Shown in pieces: positions 9,982-17,766 of a stretch of 36,789 nt of DNA. Source of the DNA: a virus. Taxonomy: Duplodnaviria; Caudoviricetes. The notes below the pieces were generated by a model. The model worked only from the letters and a program-made list of their open reading frames with translations. It did not search any database and was not told the DNA's origin. The translations under genes and the position numbers were made by a program. Position 1 is the first letter of the stretch. Each line of letters begins with the position of its first letter. The stretch covers positions 1 through 36,789 of the IMG/VR virus record IMGVR_UViG_3300020165_002742; one strand, 5' to 3'.

Positions 9982-11319
9982 TTATAATACTTTTGATGCC
10001 AGAGTTGCTAACTCTGAGCGTTCACCCTTCTTAAAGGAAACGTGACCCGCTATTGGATATTCTTTAAACTTTTCTATCGCATGAGCTAGGCCATTAGAGG
10101 TTTCGTTAACGTAAACATTATCTATCTGCTCGATATCGCCTGTAAGGATAATCTTGGACCCTTCTCCAATTCGCGTGATAATCGTCTTTACTTCGTGTTT
10201 GGTGAGGTTTTGAGCTTCGTCTATGACAATATATGCATTGGCAATCGAGCGTCCTCTAATATATGTTAGCGCCTCAACCTCAATCTTTCCTTTTTCCATG
10301 TACATTTCTAAATTAGTCCTATCCCCCATCAAGAATTTAAGGTTATCTTGAATTGGCATTAGCCATGGTAACATTTTTTCTTCCATAGTCCCCGGAAGAA
10401 AGCCTATATCTTTACCCAAAGGTTGTACTGGTCTAGACACAATCAGCCTGTCATAATGATTTTCATCGGAACGTAAACCTATAGTCTGTTGCAAGCCAGC
10501 AGCAATAGCCATAAGTGTTTTGCCGCTACCGGCACGGCCGACTAAAGACACGATTTTGATGCTAGGGTTCATCAACATATCGATTGCAAAAGCTTGCTCT
10601 TTGTTGCGAGATTCGATGTTCCAATCAGGTATTTTCTTATGAATTACTTTCTTCAACGGTGTATGGTAACTCTCAAATTTAGCTAACGCTGATTTCTTTT
10701 CATTAGAATTAGAAACCATCATAATGTATTGATTTGGATGCCACATCTCATCTGTTTCGTCTTCAGACATGATTATGGCCTCACCCTCATAATAGCGATC
10801 AATTACTTGTTCATCAACCGGCTGAACTACAAACCCATTATAAAGTTCATCTGAAGATCTTACCGCTTTTTCAGAGGTATAATCTTCTGCCGGCATACCG
10901 ATCGAGTCGCAAATAACTCTCATGTTGATGTCACGTGATACTAAAATAGTTTTTCTATCAGGCTCATTCACTTGTACTGCTTTCGCAGTCGCTATAATAG
11001 TGTGGTCTGGATGTCTAATATCTAAGTCGGGTGGAAATATAGCGTCTTTAAGGCAAGCGTAAGACATTACTTTCAAGATCCCTAAGCCTTTGTCAATCCG
11101 AACACCTTTTTCAAGAGAACCTTTCGTTCTTAGCTCGTCTAAAATTCGAATAAAGTGCCTAGCGTTTGCACCGACTGAATCTTGACGTTTTTTGTGGCCA
11201 TCAATTTCTTCTAATACTTTGAGCGGAACGAATAAATCGTTTCTACCAAATTTATAGATTGAACTTGCTTCAGTCAAATATACGCTTGTATCTAACACGT
11301 AGTTCTTTTTATGTGGCAT
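9982..11319 (-). CDS. phoH: PIN-domain PhoH-family ATPase (PhoH2/YlaK-like)
   Basis: N-terminal PIN (VLDTSV, EEID, SRDINMR); GRAGSGKT, GFLPG, IRGRS, IDEAQN, TGD..QID. Confidence 0.95.
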   Translation of the reverse strand: MPHKKNYVLDTSVYLTEASSIYKFGRNDLFVPLKVLEEIDGHKKRQDSVGANARHFIRILDELRTKGSLEKGVRIDKGLGILKVMSYACLKDAIFPPDLDIRHPDHTIIATAKAVQVNEPDRKTILVSRDINMRVICDSIGMPAEDYTSEKAVRSSDELYNGFVVQPVDEQVIDRYYEGEAIIMSEDETDEMWHPNQYIMMVSNSNEKKSALAKFESYHTPLKKVIHKKIPDWNIESRNKEQAFAIDMLMNPSIKIVSLVGRAGSGKTLMAIAAGLQQTIGLRSDENHYDRLIVSRPVQPLGKDIGFLPGTMEEKMLPWLMPIQDNLKFLMGDRTNLEMYMEKGKIEVEALTYIRGRSIANAYIVIDEAQNLTKHEVKTIITRIGEGSKIILTGDIEQIDNVYVNETSNGLAHAIEKFKEYPIAGHVSFKKGERSELATLASKVL

Positions 11320-11372
11320 GTAGTACCTTAATCACTGTAGTTATACATAGTATCGATTGATTATTATATTTA

Positions 11373-12305
11373 TTATTTTGCAGCTGCTTGTTGTAAATTT
11401 TGGCGATACCTGAGTAGTGCCAATTCTTTGTGTTTAGCTTCAATCATAATATCAAATACATTACCATAGTCGTTGAGAGTATTGTAGACTAAATCAGAAT
11501 GTGCTTGTGGTTTAATCTTGGGGTTATTGTGTTCAAGAGAGCGCGACTCTGCGTAATGAACAACAGGCTTGATATCACCCCAAGTAGATAGCGCAAGCTC
11601 AAGCGCTTCTTGTTCTGACTGGCCACCGGGATGAAGCATGTGATGGTGATAGTCAAACACAATCGGGATACCGATACGCTTGTAAACACCGTCATATAAC
11701 TCTTTGGTAGAGTACAACGAAACTTTGTCATCGTTCTCCACAGTAAGACGTGAACGAACATTGTCGGGTAGGCGTTCGAAGTTGCGACAGAAATTGTCGA
11801 GAGCAAACGGTTTGTCGCCGTATGCGGCGCCAACGTGAATATTGAGCTTGGCATACGGAGTGCGAGGTAGACCAATAAGGTCAAATAAATCACCGTGAAC
11901 CGATAAGTCAGTCTTGGTGAGTTGGTATACCCGTTCTTTGGGTGATGCTAGCTTATTAAACGGTCCAGGGTGCGATGTGAGCCGCATTCCGTGCTTACGG
12001 GCAAAGTTGCCCGCCTTGAGGGCCGCGGCGTGTATAGCGCCGAAATTAGGCATGTCTACGAGGTCATACTCAGAAGCCCATGGAATGATATTAGAGGAAA
12101 GACGATAAAAGTAAATACCATTGTTAAGATTCCACTCAAGAATAGTATGCAAATCGCGTAGATTTTGTAATGCTAGTTCAGAAGCATACTCAATGCCGCG
12201 GTCGTGAAACGTACGCTTAATCATCGTACGGTTAGTTGTGATGCGCTGGGACTTTGGCAGCGTGGAAAAGCCTTGATTGATACAGGCGTAGCCTAAATGG
12301 TTCAT
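11373..12305 (-). CDS. uvsE: UV DNA damage repair endonuclease UvsE/UVDE
   Basis: LGYACIN, FYRLSS, SHPG, NIHVG, VENDD, FDYHHH, HSD, MIEAKHKE; start at MNHLG after GGAGG. Confidence 0.95.
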   Translation of the reverse strand: MNHLGYACINQGFSTLPKSQRITTNRTMIKRTFHDRGIEYASELALQNLRDLHTILEWNLNNGIYFYRLSSNIIPWASEYDLVDMPNFGAIHAAALKAGNFARKHGMRLTSHPGPFNKLASPKERVYQLTKTDLSVHGDLFDLIGLPRTPYAKLNIHVGAAYGDKPFALDNFCRNFERLPDNVRSRLTVENDDKVSLYSTKELYDGVYKRIGIPIVFDYHHHMLHPGGQSEQEALELALSTWGDIKPVVHYAESRSLEHNNPKIKPQAHSDLVYNTLNDYGNVFDIMIEAKHKELALLRYRQNLQQAAAK

Positions 12306-12332
12306 GTTATACCCTCCTACAAGTACATATAT

Positions 12333-12361
12333 ATTATAACTGCTAATAGGATGATTGTCAA
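12333..12361 (-). promoter_or_regulatory. Consensus sigma70 promoter of uvsE
   Basis: TTGACA (12356-12361), 17 nt, TATAAT (12333-12338). Confidence 0.85.
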
Positions 12362-12612
12362 CACCTTTTGATAATTTGCCAGTCAAATACCCATACCATC
12401 GGTTTCTCACCCTTTTGATAAGGTACGCCGGCTTTGCGTAGTTTTTCGACTTCTTTTTGTATTGTTATTTGTGCTTCCCAGCCATCAACTCCAAGTTTGA
12501 GTTCTGATTGGCTAGCAATATACCGTTTTCTCAAAATCACTCGGGTATCAGGGCCGGCAAATGACTTTACAAGAACTTTATCGTTTTTCTGATAGGATAT
12601 CTTCGACTTCAT
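12358..12612 (-). CDS. Small hypothetical protein, possibly KOW/SH3-like
   Basis: YQKNDKVLVK start pattern; overlaps the upstream gene. Confidence 0.6.
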   Translation of the reverse strand: MKSKISYQKNDKVLVKSFAGPDTRVILRKRYIASQSELKLGVDGWEAQITIQKEVEKLRKAGVPYQKGEKPMVWVFDWQIIKRC

Positions 12613-12745
12613 AAACCTTATCTATTGTAGAATTAGTTGCTTTTGGGAGAAGTAGCACCCGAAAACAAAAAAATGCAGCTAAAAACATGACTGCAATTAA
12701 CACACTCATTTCGGCGATTACTTCAAGCTTTTGTTCAATACCCAT
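12578..12745 (-). CDS. Small single-pass membrane protein
   Basis: MGIEQKLE... with a hydrophobic stretch; the longer ORF-track version overlaps the tRNA. Confidence 0.55.
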   Translation of the reverse strand: MGIEQKLEVIAEMSVLIAVMFLAAFFCFRVLLLPKATNSTIDKVYEVEDILSEKR

Positions 12746-12772
12746 ATTGTATATAGGTTCAAAATAAAATCG

Positions 12773-12866
12773 CTGGAGGGGGAGGATTCGAACCTCCAAG
12801 ATGCGTTTTCACGTATTCACCGCCCGAGAAACAGTCGGGTGCGTCTGCCAATTTCACCACCCCCCA
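12773..12866 (-). tRNA. Non-canonical class-II tRNA-like RNA, anticodon GTT
   Basis: TGGGGGG/CCCTCCA acceptor (extendable to 9 bp), Leu/Ser-type D arm TGGTGAAATTGGCAGACGC, CCCGA-CTGTTTC-TCGGG, 25-nt variable arm, GGAGG-TTCGAAT-CCTCC; CCA not encoded. Confidence 0.8.
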
Positions 12867-12886
12867 GCAATTATTAAATATCAAAA

Positions 12887-12963
12887 TGGCGGCTCAGGCA
12901 GGACTCGAACCTGCGACTCGCTGATTAACAGTCAGCTACTCTGACCAACTGAGTTACTGAGCC
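12887..12963 (-). tRNA. tRNA-Asn(GTT)
   Basis: GGCTCAG/CTGAGCC acceptor, GCTGA-CTGTTAA-TCAGC, GCAGG-TTCGAGT-CCTGC, G73 and encoded CCA. Confidence 0.97.
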
Positions 12964-12969
12964 TTATTT

Positions 12970-13482
12970 CTATACAAAGTCCCATAAATAATTTTTCCAT
13001 TTAGGGCTTATTTGTTCTTTGTTAATAGATTTTAAAATATTCATTTTTGGCTCATACGGACTTCTAATCGGGTGCATGTCGGCTTCAGATGGCGTCTTAT
13101 TACCTTTTCTTTGGTTGCATTTTTTGCAAGCAGTGACTAAATTTTTCCAGCTATTGTCTCCACCTCTTGATTTTGGAACAACGTGGTCTAAAGTTAATTT
13201 TTCAATCTTAAATGTGTTACTACAGTATTGACACCTATAATCATCACGCCACAATATATTAGCACGGTTACAAGCCATATAGGAAAATCTAAACTTTATA
13301 TATTTGTTTAAAACAATAACTGCTGGTAATTCGAAACTCTTCCTAACAGAATTTATTTTTTTAGTATAGTTTTCGATTGCCTTAGCTTTTCCGACGATAC
13401 ATAATACCAAAGCCTCTACTGAGTCAATAACGTCTAGTGGTCGAAAAGACGAATCTAGTTTTAATGTCATCATACTATTCAT
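12970..13482 (-). CDS. HNH endonuclease (McrA-like)
   Basis: RDDYRCQYC, TLDHVVPKSRGG, NLVTACKKCNQRK; exact start uncertain. Confidence 0.92.
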   Translation of the reverse strand: MNSMMTLKLDSSFRPLDVIDSVEALVLCIVGKAKAIENYTKKINSVRKSFELPAVIVLNKYIKFRFSYMACNRANILWRDDYRCQYCSNTFKIEKLTLDHVVPKSRGGDNSWKNLVTACKKCNQRKGNKTPSEADMHPIRSPYEPKMNILKSINKEQISPKWKNYLWDFV

Positions 13483-13515
13483 TACTATAACTAGGATATA
13501 GATAAACGTCAAGAA

Positions 13516-14016
13516 TTATCTGCTTGATGATTTAGGAGTATTTCGTTTTGGAGGGACATCAAAATTTCTAGCTTTTTTGGCTAAGTCTGAAGAACTATCT
13601 AGTTTTTCTTCTCCGCCCACTGCCCATAATAATTCAACACCGATTTCTTCACAGACATCTTGTTCTGGTGTATTTGAACGCCCGCGATCACCACCATTAG
13701 CAAAATATGTTGGTCTAAGCCTGCGTATCGCTTCACATACTGTACCATCCGAATCATCTACGGAGTCGACTAAAATTACCCCTTTGATAGCATTTAAGAT
13801 TTCAACTCTGCGTTCATATTCCATAAATACAAAGCCTTTTTTCCTAAAAAGCCATTCATCAGAATTTGCTATAATGATGACATCACCATATCGGGCTGCT
13901 TCTTGTATCATTCGGATGTGACCAACGTGTACTGGATCAAACCCGCCAGACACCATCACACTCGGCCTGGACTTATCTTTGTTTGTCTCATCAAACATCT
14001 CTTTATGTATAACCAT
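13516..14016 (-). CDS. Cytidylyltransferase (TagD/RfaE-like)
   Basis: SGGFDPVHVGH, NSDEWL..KKG, FANGGDR, SSS. Confidence 0.9.
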   Translation of the reverse strand: MVIHKEMFDETNKDKSRPSVMVSGGFDPVHVGHIRMIQEAARYGDVIIIANSDEWLFRKKGFVFMEYERRVEILNAIKGVILVDSVDDSDGTVCEAIRRLRPTYFANGGDRGRSNTPEQDVCEEIGVELLWAVGGEEKLDSSSDLAKKARNFDVPPKRNTPKSSSR

Positions 14017-14030
14017 TTTTTAATCCTTTA

Positions 14031-14255
14031 TTAATCTATTTGGTTTCTTTTAACCCAACACTGCTCTGAAGAAGAGAAAATTAATTTTTTCCTAGACAAT
14101 CCATCAATTACTTTAGCTCTTACATCATCGCCAGTTGGCGCTTTTTCCATTACTACTATAACATTAGTATTTTGTTTTTTATAATTCTGCTTACAATATA
14201 TTATACAATATACCATAGCTGCACTAAGCAGCCCAAGCATAAAAGACATAAACAT
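14031..14255 (-). CDS. Small protein with N-terminal transmembrane segment
   Basis: Hydrophobic N-terminus, GGGGA RBS. Confidence 0.6.
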   Translation of the reverse strand: MFMSFMLGLLSAAMVYCIIYCKQNYKKQNTNVIVVMEKAPTGDDVRAKVIDGLSRKKLIFSSSEQCWVKRNQID

Positions 14256-14310
14256 GTCTTAAATCCCCCTATTACCCTAACACTATTTAGTTTCAGGTAG
14301 TAAAAGATAT

Positions 14311-14583
14311 TTAAGATTTGTTATTTTGATAAAAAGGGTCTCTGGCGACTAAAATGACTAAATCTGACGGAAGCGATTCCATAAAAGACTCTCTGAACCA
14401 GAGTACAGTGACCTTGTCTATTGCTGGATATTTTTCAAATTCAGAAAAATATCCGTGGTAGTGATTTCTTTTTATATTCACTATTAAGCCCAGGAGGGGC
14501 CCATCAGAACTCCACGATATAAGTTCACTTTCGCTTACTATATCGCCAACTTCAAAACGAAATTTTTCAACATCATAACCCAT
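14311..14583 (-). CDS. Small KOW/SH3-like paralogue
   Basis: FEVGDIVS...LGLIVNI...VTVLW. Confidence 0.65.
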   Translation of the reverse strand: MGYDVEKFRFEVGDIVSESELISWSSDGPLLGLIVNIKRNHYHGYFSEFEKYPAIDKVTVLWFRESFMESLPSDLVILVARDPFYQNNKS

Positions 14584-14644
14584 ATATTATATAGAATATG
14601 GTTGAACTAAACATTGTCTGTTTAATTACAGTTTTGAATTACTT

Positions 14645-14905
14645 TTAGTAAGATTCTTTAATTAATTTTGTTATGGCTCTTCTGTCCACACCCTTAAAGC
14701 CGCCGGCGCCAAGATTTCGCGAAGCGGCTAAACTTCGTAACTCCGGCATTCTCATATCTTTTAGCTCTTGGTTGGAAGGACACTCATCCTTTTTAAGTTC
14801 AGTTTCTTGTGTGACTTCCTCGGTATTTTGTTCATTGTTACCGCACTCTTGTGAACGCGAAGCCAAGCTTGAAAGCTTTTTCCACTGTTTTGTTAACCAA
14901 TTCAT
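14645..14905 (-). CDS. Small protein with SAP/Rho_N-like C-terminal motif
   Basis: LKDMRMPELRSLAASRNL...RRAITKLI; amphipathic N-terminus. Confidence 0.6.
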   Translation of the reverse strand: MNWLTKQWKKLSSLASRSQECGNNEQNTEEVTQETELKKDECPSNQELKDMRMPELRSLAASRNLGAGGFKGVDRRAITKLIKESY

Positions 14906-14911
14906 ATTATT

Positions 14912-15109
14912 TTATTCCTTATTTTTTAATAGCATTGCATGCATATGTTGAAGATTCTTTCTTTTAGATTCTACCATAACATTAATTTCTTCTGTAGGTA
15001 AATCATATTCTTCTTTAATTTCCCACAAAGATTCTTCTATTTCGTCTTTAGTTTCACGATCTGTGACCACCGGAGTTACTTCTTTTTTTCTCTTAAGCCA
15101 ACTAAACAT
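14912..15109 (-). CDS. Hypothetical protein (65 aa)
   Basis: Start at MFSWLKRKK after AAGGA; the longer ORF-track version runs into the tmRNA. Confidence 0.7.
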   Translation of the reverse strand: MFSWLKRKKEVTPVVTDRETKDEIEESLWEIKEEYDLPTEEINVMVESKRKNLQHMHAMLLKNKE

Positions 15110-15124
15110 AATATTTTCCTTAAA

Positions 15125-15457
15125 TGGTGGAGGTGGCGGGATTCGAACCCGCGTCCGCAATACGTCCTTAGTAAAGTCATTCACAAGCTTGGTCAGTTTT
15201 TTCACTCACTGACAAAGTTAGATGGTGTTAAAACAACGCTTACCATCCTGTTGCGTTGAGTTTTTTTGATTTTTACAACTTATCTGTTGTTTTGATTAGA
15301 TTGGATAGAAGGCTCTAATCAGCCTCCCTACTAGGCAGCTAAGCGCTGTTCGAAATGGTTGTTGTTATTTGCAACTAATTTTTTGAACTGTTAAGGTCGT
15401 ATCTAACCTACTTGCACTCGACTCTTTCAATACTCCGTCGAAGCCAATATCACCCCC
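15125..15457 (-). ncRNA. ssrA: tmRNA, tag (A)ANNNNHFEQRLAA
   Basis: 5' GGGGGTGATATTGGCTTCGAC, 3' GACGCGGGTTCGAATCCCGCCACCTCCACCA, G3-U70 pair; tag frame 15331-15372 ends LAA-TAG-TAG. Confidence 0.97.
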
Positions 15458-15659
15458 TCGATTTTTTAATTATTACGCCTACTGGCGTGTGGTCACCATT
15501 GTCTAGCCAGATTAGTGTTTCTTTATTTCTTTTTACTTTTTCTGCAAAAGTAAAGGAAATCTCCTTTGCGGCTTTCTTTAAAGCAGCATCTTCACTAGTG
15601 TGTTTACTGACCAGATCACCCTGTATATAGTGACCATTCCATTTGTATATTTTCCACAT
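15450..15659 (-). CDS. Small basic hypothetical protein whose stop lies inside the tmRNA
   Basis: Start coupled to the TlpA stop (TAATG); TGA at 15450-15452. Confidence 0.7.
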   Translation of the reverse strand: MWKIYKWNGHYIQGDLVSKHTSEDAALKKAAKEISFTFAEKVKRNKETLIWLDNGDHTPVGVIIKKSRG

Positions 15660-16258
15660 TATAATTTATCCTCTATTTTTTGTCTAACGTATTCATCGCC
15701 GAATCCTATATGCGCATCATATAGTATCATATCTCTATCAATATAAAAATATGTGGGAAAAGCACTCAGAATATAACCCTTTTCACCTGCAGGGTCTAAC
15801 ATTTTTGGTCTTGATCCTTGTAAAACAGGAGCAGTCTCTATGTTATGTTCTGATACCCAACGATCAATTTCATCTTCTGTCGGCTCGTTGGAACCAATAT
15901 ATCCATCTACCAGTACAGTAACAATCTGTACATTATCTCTTTCATACGACTCTTGCATAGCTTGCACACTATCGGCTGCTAAATTGCATGGATAACACCA
16001 TCCTGCCGATAAGTCGAGTACTATTATATCGCCTTTGTGGCTATATAAATCCCACACTTCGCCGTTTTGATCTTTAAGTCTAAAATTGCAAACTTTATCT
16101 CCAATATTGATTTGTGCGCATGAATCATCTGGAATCATGCCTACTGGAAATAACGGTTCTGTGGTTTCTAAGTTTCCTGTGTGTTCAGATTGATTAGTCT
16201 TCAGCTCTGCGGGATTACAACAAATAGCTAAGAGACTAACAAAAAATAAACTTTTCAT
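15659..16258 (-). CDS. TlpA/redoxin-family lipoprotein
   Basis: Lipoprotein-type signal (LLAICC), NFRLKDQNG, WCYPC, AFPTYFYID. Confidence 0.88.
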   Translation of the reverse strand: MKSLFFVSLLAICCNPAELKTNQSEHTGNLETTEPLFPVGMIPDDSCAQINIGDKVCNFRLKDQNGEVWDLYSHKGDIIVLDLSAGWCYPCNLAADSVQAMQESYERDNVQIVTVLVDGYIGSNEPTEDEIDRWVSEHNIETAPVLQGSRPKMLDPAGEKGYILSAFPTYFYIDRDMILYDAHIGFGDEYVRQKIEDKL

Positions 16259-16429
16259 CTATACCTCTACACTAAATAGGCTGTTTTTAAATAATATTAT
16301 CCGGTTGTGGATCTTTTGCTCACCACAGCTAATTTACAGTTTAGTTGGTTTAAACTCCTTGTTCTGGAAGCTCTTGATAAATATGGAGCTACCGTTAATC
16401 ATTATTTTTAGACCGAATGGTTTTAATTT

Positions 16430-16774
16430 TCAAATATCTTTGTCTGTAAAGTATTTATTTACTTTATAGAATTTAGTGATCCGAATGAATTCTTTATAGG
16501 TTATCCCTAAGAATCTTGCAGCATCTTTTTTTGACTTGGTTGCTGAAATAGCAAATTTTAAGATAGCTTCTTTTATAATATAATCAGATCTCTTCCATAT
16601 GTCAAATCCATACATCTTATTATTCGTATAAGCTGCAGATAACTCAAACTTTAAGGCAATGACGTCTTCTATAGGTATATTACTTATAGCGACTAGCATT
16701 TTATCGCTGATATTGTGATTATCTTTTAATTTACTAGTAACTGATTTATATTTAAAATTAGAATTCTTGCTCAT
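16430..16774 (-). CDS. Protein with C-terminal Fis-like HTH
   Basis: ILKFAISATKSKKDAARFLGITYKEFIRITKFY resembles the HTH_8 pattern. Confidence 0.65.
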   Translation of the reverse strand: MSKNSNFKYKSVTSKLKDNHNISDKMLVAISNIPIEDVIALKFELSAAYTNNKMYGFDIWKRSDYIIKEAILKFAISATKSKKDAARFLGITYKEFIRITKFYKVNKYFTDKDI

Positions 16775-16819
16775 GTTGGTATTATATACGTGACAGTAAA
16801 GCTTTCATGTGATAGTATA

Positions 16820-16865
16820 AACTTTCTAAACTAACTAACTAACTTTCTAAACTAACTAACTAACT
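16820..16865. repeat. Tandem 21-bp direct repeat x2 with (AACT)n runs
   Basis: aactttctaaactaactaact at 16820-16840 and 16841-16861. Confidence 0.9.
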
Positions 16866-16890
16866 AGCTTTCAAGCGCCGTCACAAACTA

Positions 16891-16919
16891 ACTATAATTC
16901 AAAATCTAGCGTTTGTCAA
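16891..16919 (-). promoter_or_regulatory. sigma70 promoter
   Basis: TTGACA (16914-16919), 17 nt, TATAGT (16891-16896). Confidence 0.75.
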
Positions 16920-16929
16920 ATAAATTTTT

Positions 16930-17766
16930 TTAACCTTCGAAAGATAATTCCGGAACGCCCGCATCGGGTTCTTCTTCGGTATCAAGTGCCGGCTCGTCTG
17001 TTGCAGTTACTTCATCGGGGGTTTTATAATCAGTCTCGCCTTCTGGCTCTTCGACTGTTTTTGCCATCTGATCGTCAAAAATATTGAACCAAACTTTCAT
17101 GTTTGTAATCAAGTAATCGTAAAAATATTGAGAGTCTTTATCGTTATGTAGCTTGGCATAGACTGGAATAATAACGCCTTTGGTGGCTTCCCAAGCGTCC
17201 ATTGCAAAGTCTCGACCGGTCTTTTCTTCGTCTTCTAATCCTAATTCTCTGCTGTATTTATCCTCGTCAGATTCTTCTTCAACTTCTTCCTCATCTTGTG
17301 AATCTACGCCGTCTAATGGCCTAAATTTGCTCATATCAGGTTCAGATTCATCGTCTAAAATTGTAAATTTCACATCAGCCTCTTCATTGAGACCTTCATC
17401 ACCTTCTGAAGCTTCATCTTCAGCGTCTTGATTAAGATCAATTGGTAGTAACTCTTTCATAATTGAACGCAAATAATGCGCTCTAAAAGAACGACGTTGT
17501 TCATCGTCGGTGGTTAGCTCTTTATAGAAGCGCTCTACATTTGGTACTACAGTATTCAGCACCGAATCTAATTTATTCAATCCAGTATTATCGCTCGGAG
17601 GTTCAATACTACCGATGCCTGCTTTTTCTAATAAGCTTGCTTCTTGCAATGCTAATTTTCGGATTACCGAACGCAATTTATTTTCGCTAATTGACCGTTT
17701 TTCCTTGACCCCACGGATTAAATGTCTTATACTATTTCTGAGGGCTTTTTCTTGTTTTTGATTCAT
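16930..17766 (-). CDS. Acidic hypothetical protein, probably head-associated
   Basis: Long D/E-rich tracts; LRxxIRxL N-terminal helices; L-x-E sites. Confidence 0.75.
   Translation of the reverse strand: MNQKQEKALRNSIRHLIRGVKEKRSISENKLRSVIRKLALQEASLLEKAGIGSIEPPSDNTGLNKLDSVLNTVVPNVERFYKELTTDDEQRRSFRAHYLRSIMKELLPIDLNQDAEDEASEGDEGLNEEADVKFTILDDESEPDMSKFRPLDGVDSQDEEEVEEESDEDKYSRELGLEDEEKTGRDFAMDAWEATKGVIIPVYAKLHNDKDSQYFYDYLITNMKVWFNIFDDQMAKTVEEPEGETDYKTPDEVTATDEPALDTEEEPDAGVPELSFEG

Noticed and set aside
9982-11372. Pho box upstream of phoH
   Set aside because: No TGTCA dimer there; only a late-like ACTATGTA motif
12306-12410. N-terminal extension of UvsE
   Set aside because: It spans the promoter and RBS; the family start is MNHLGY
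12771-12868. tRNA-Sec or 8/4, 9/3 allo-tRNA
   Set aside because: The anticodon is not TCA, the D stem is short and the T stem is 5 bp, so the geometry is 7/5 or 9/5
12970-13482. HNH as an intron-encoded homing element
   Set aside because: No interrupted gene or intron structure flanks it; it looks free-standing
14912-15205. 97-aa ORF as given in the track
   Set aside because: Its N-terminal part is the tmRNA 3' end; the real start is at 15109
16295-16385. SAM-I riboswitch (TTATCAAGAG...GATAA)
   Set aside because: The P1-like ends match, but the kink-turn/P2 (GAGGGA..GGCCC) and GCAACC/GUGC core are missing
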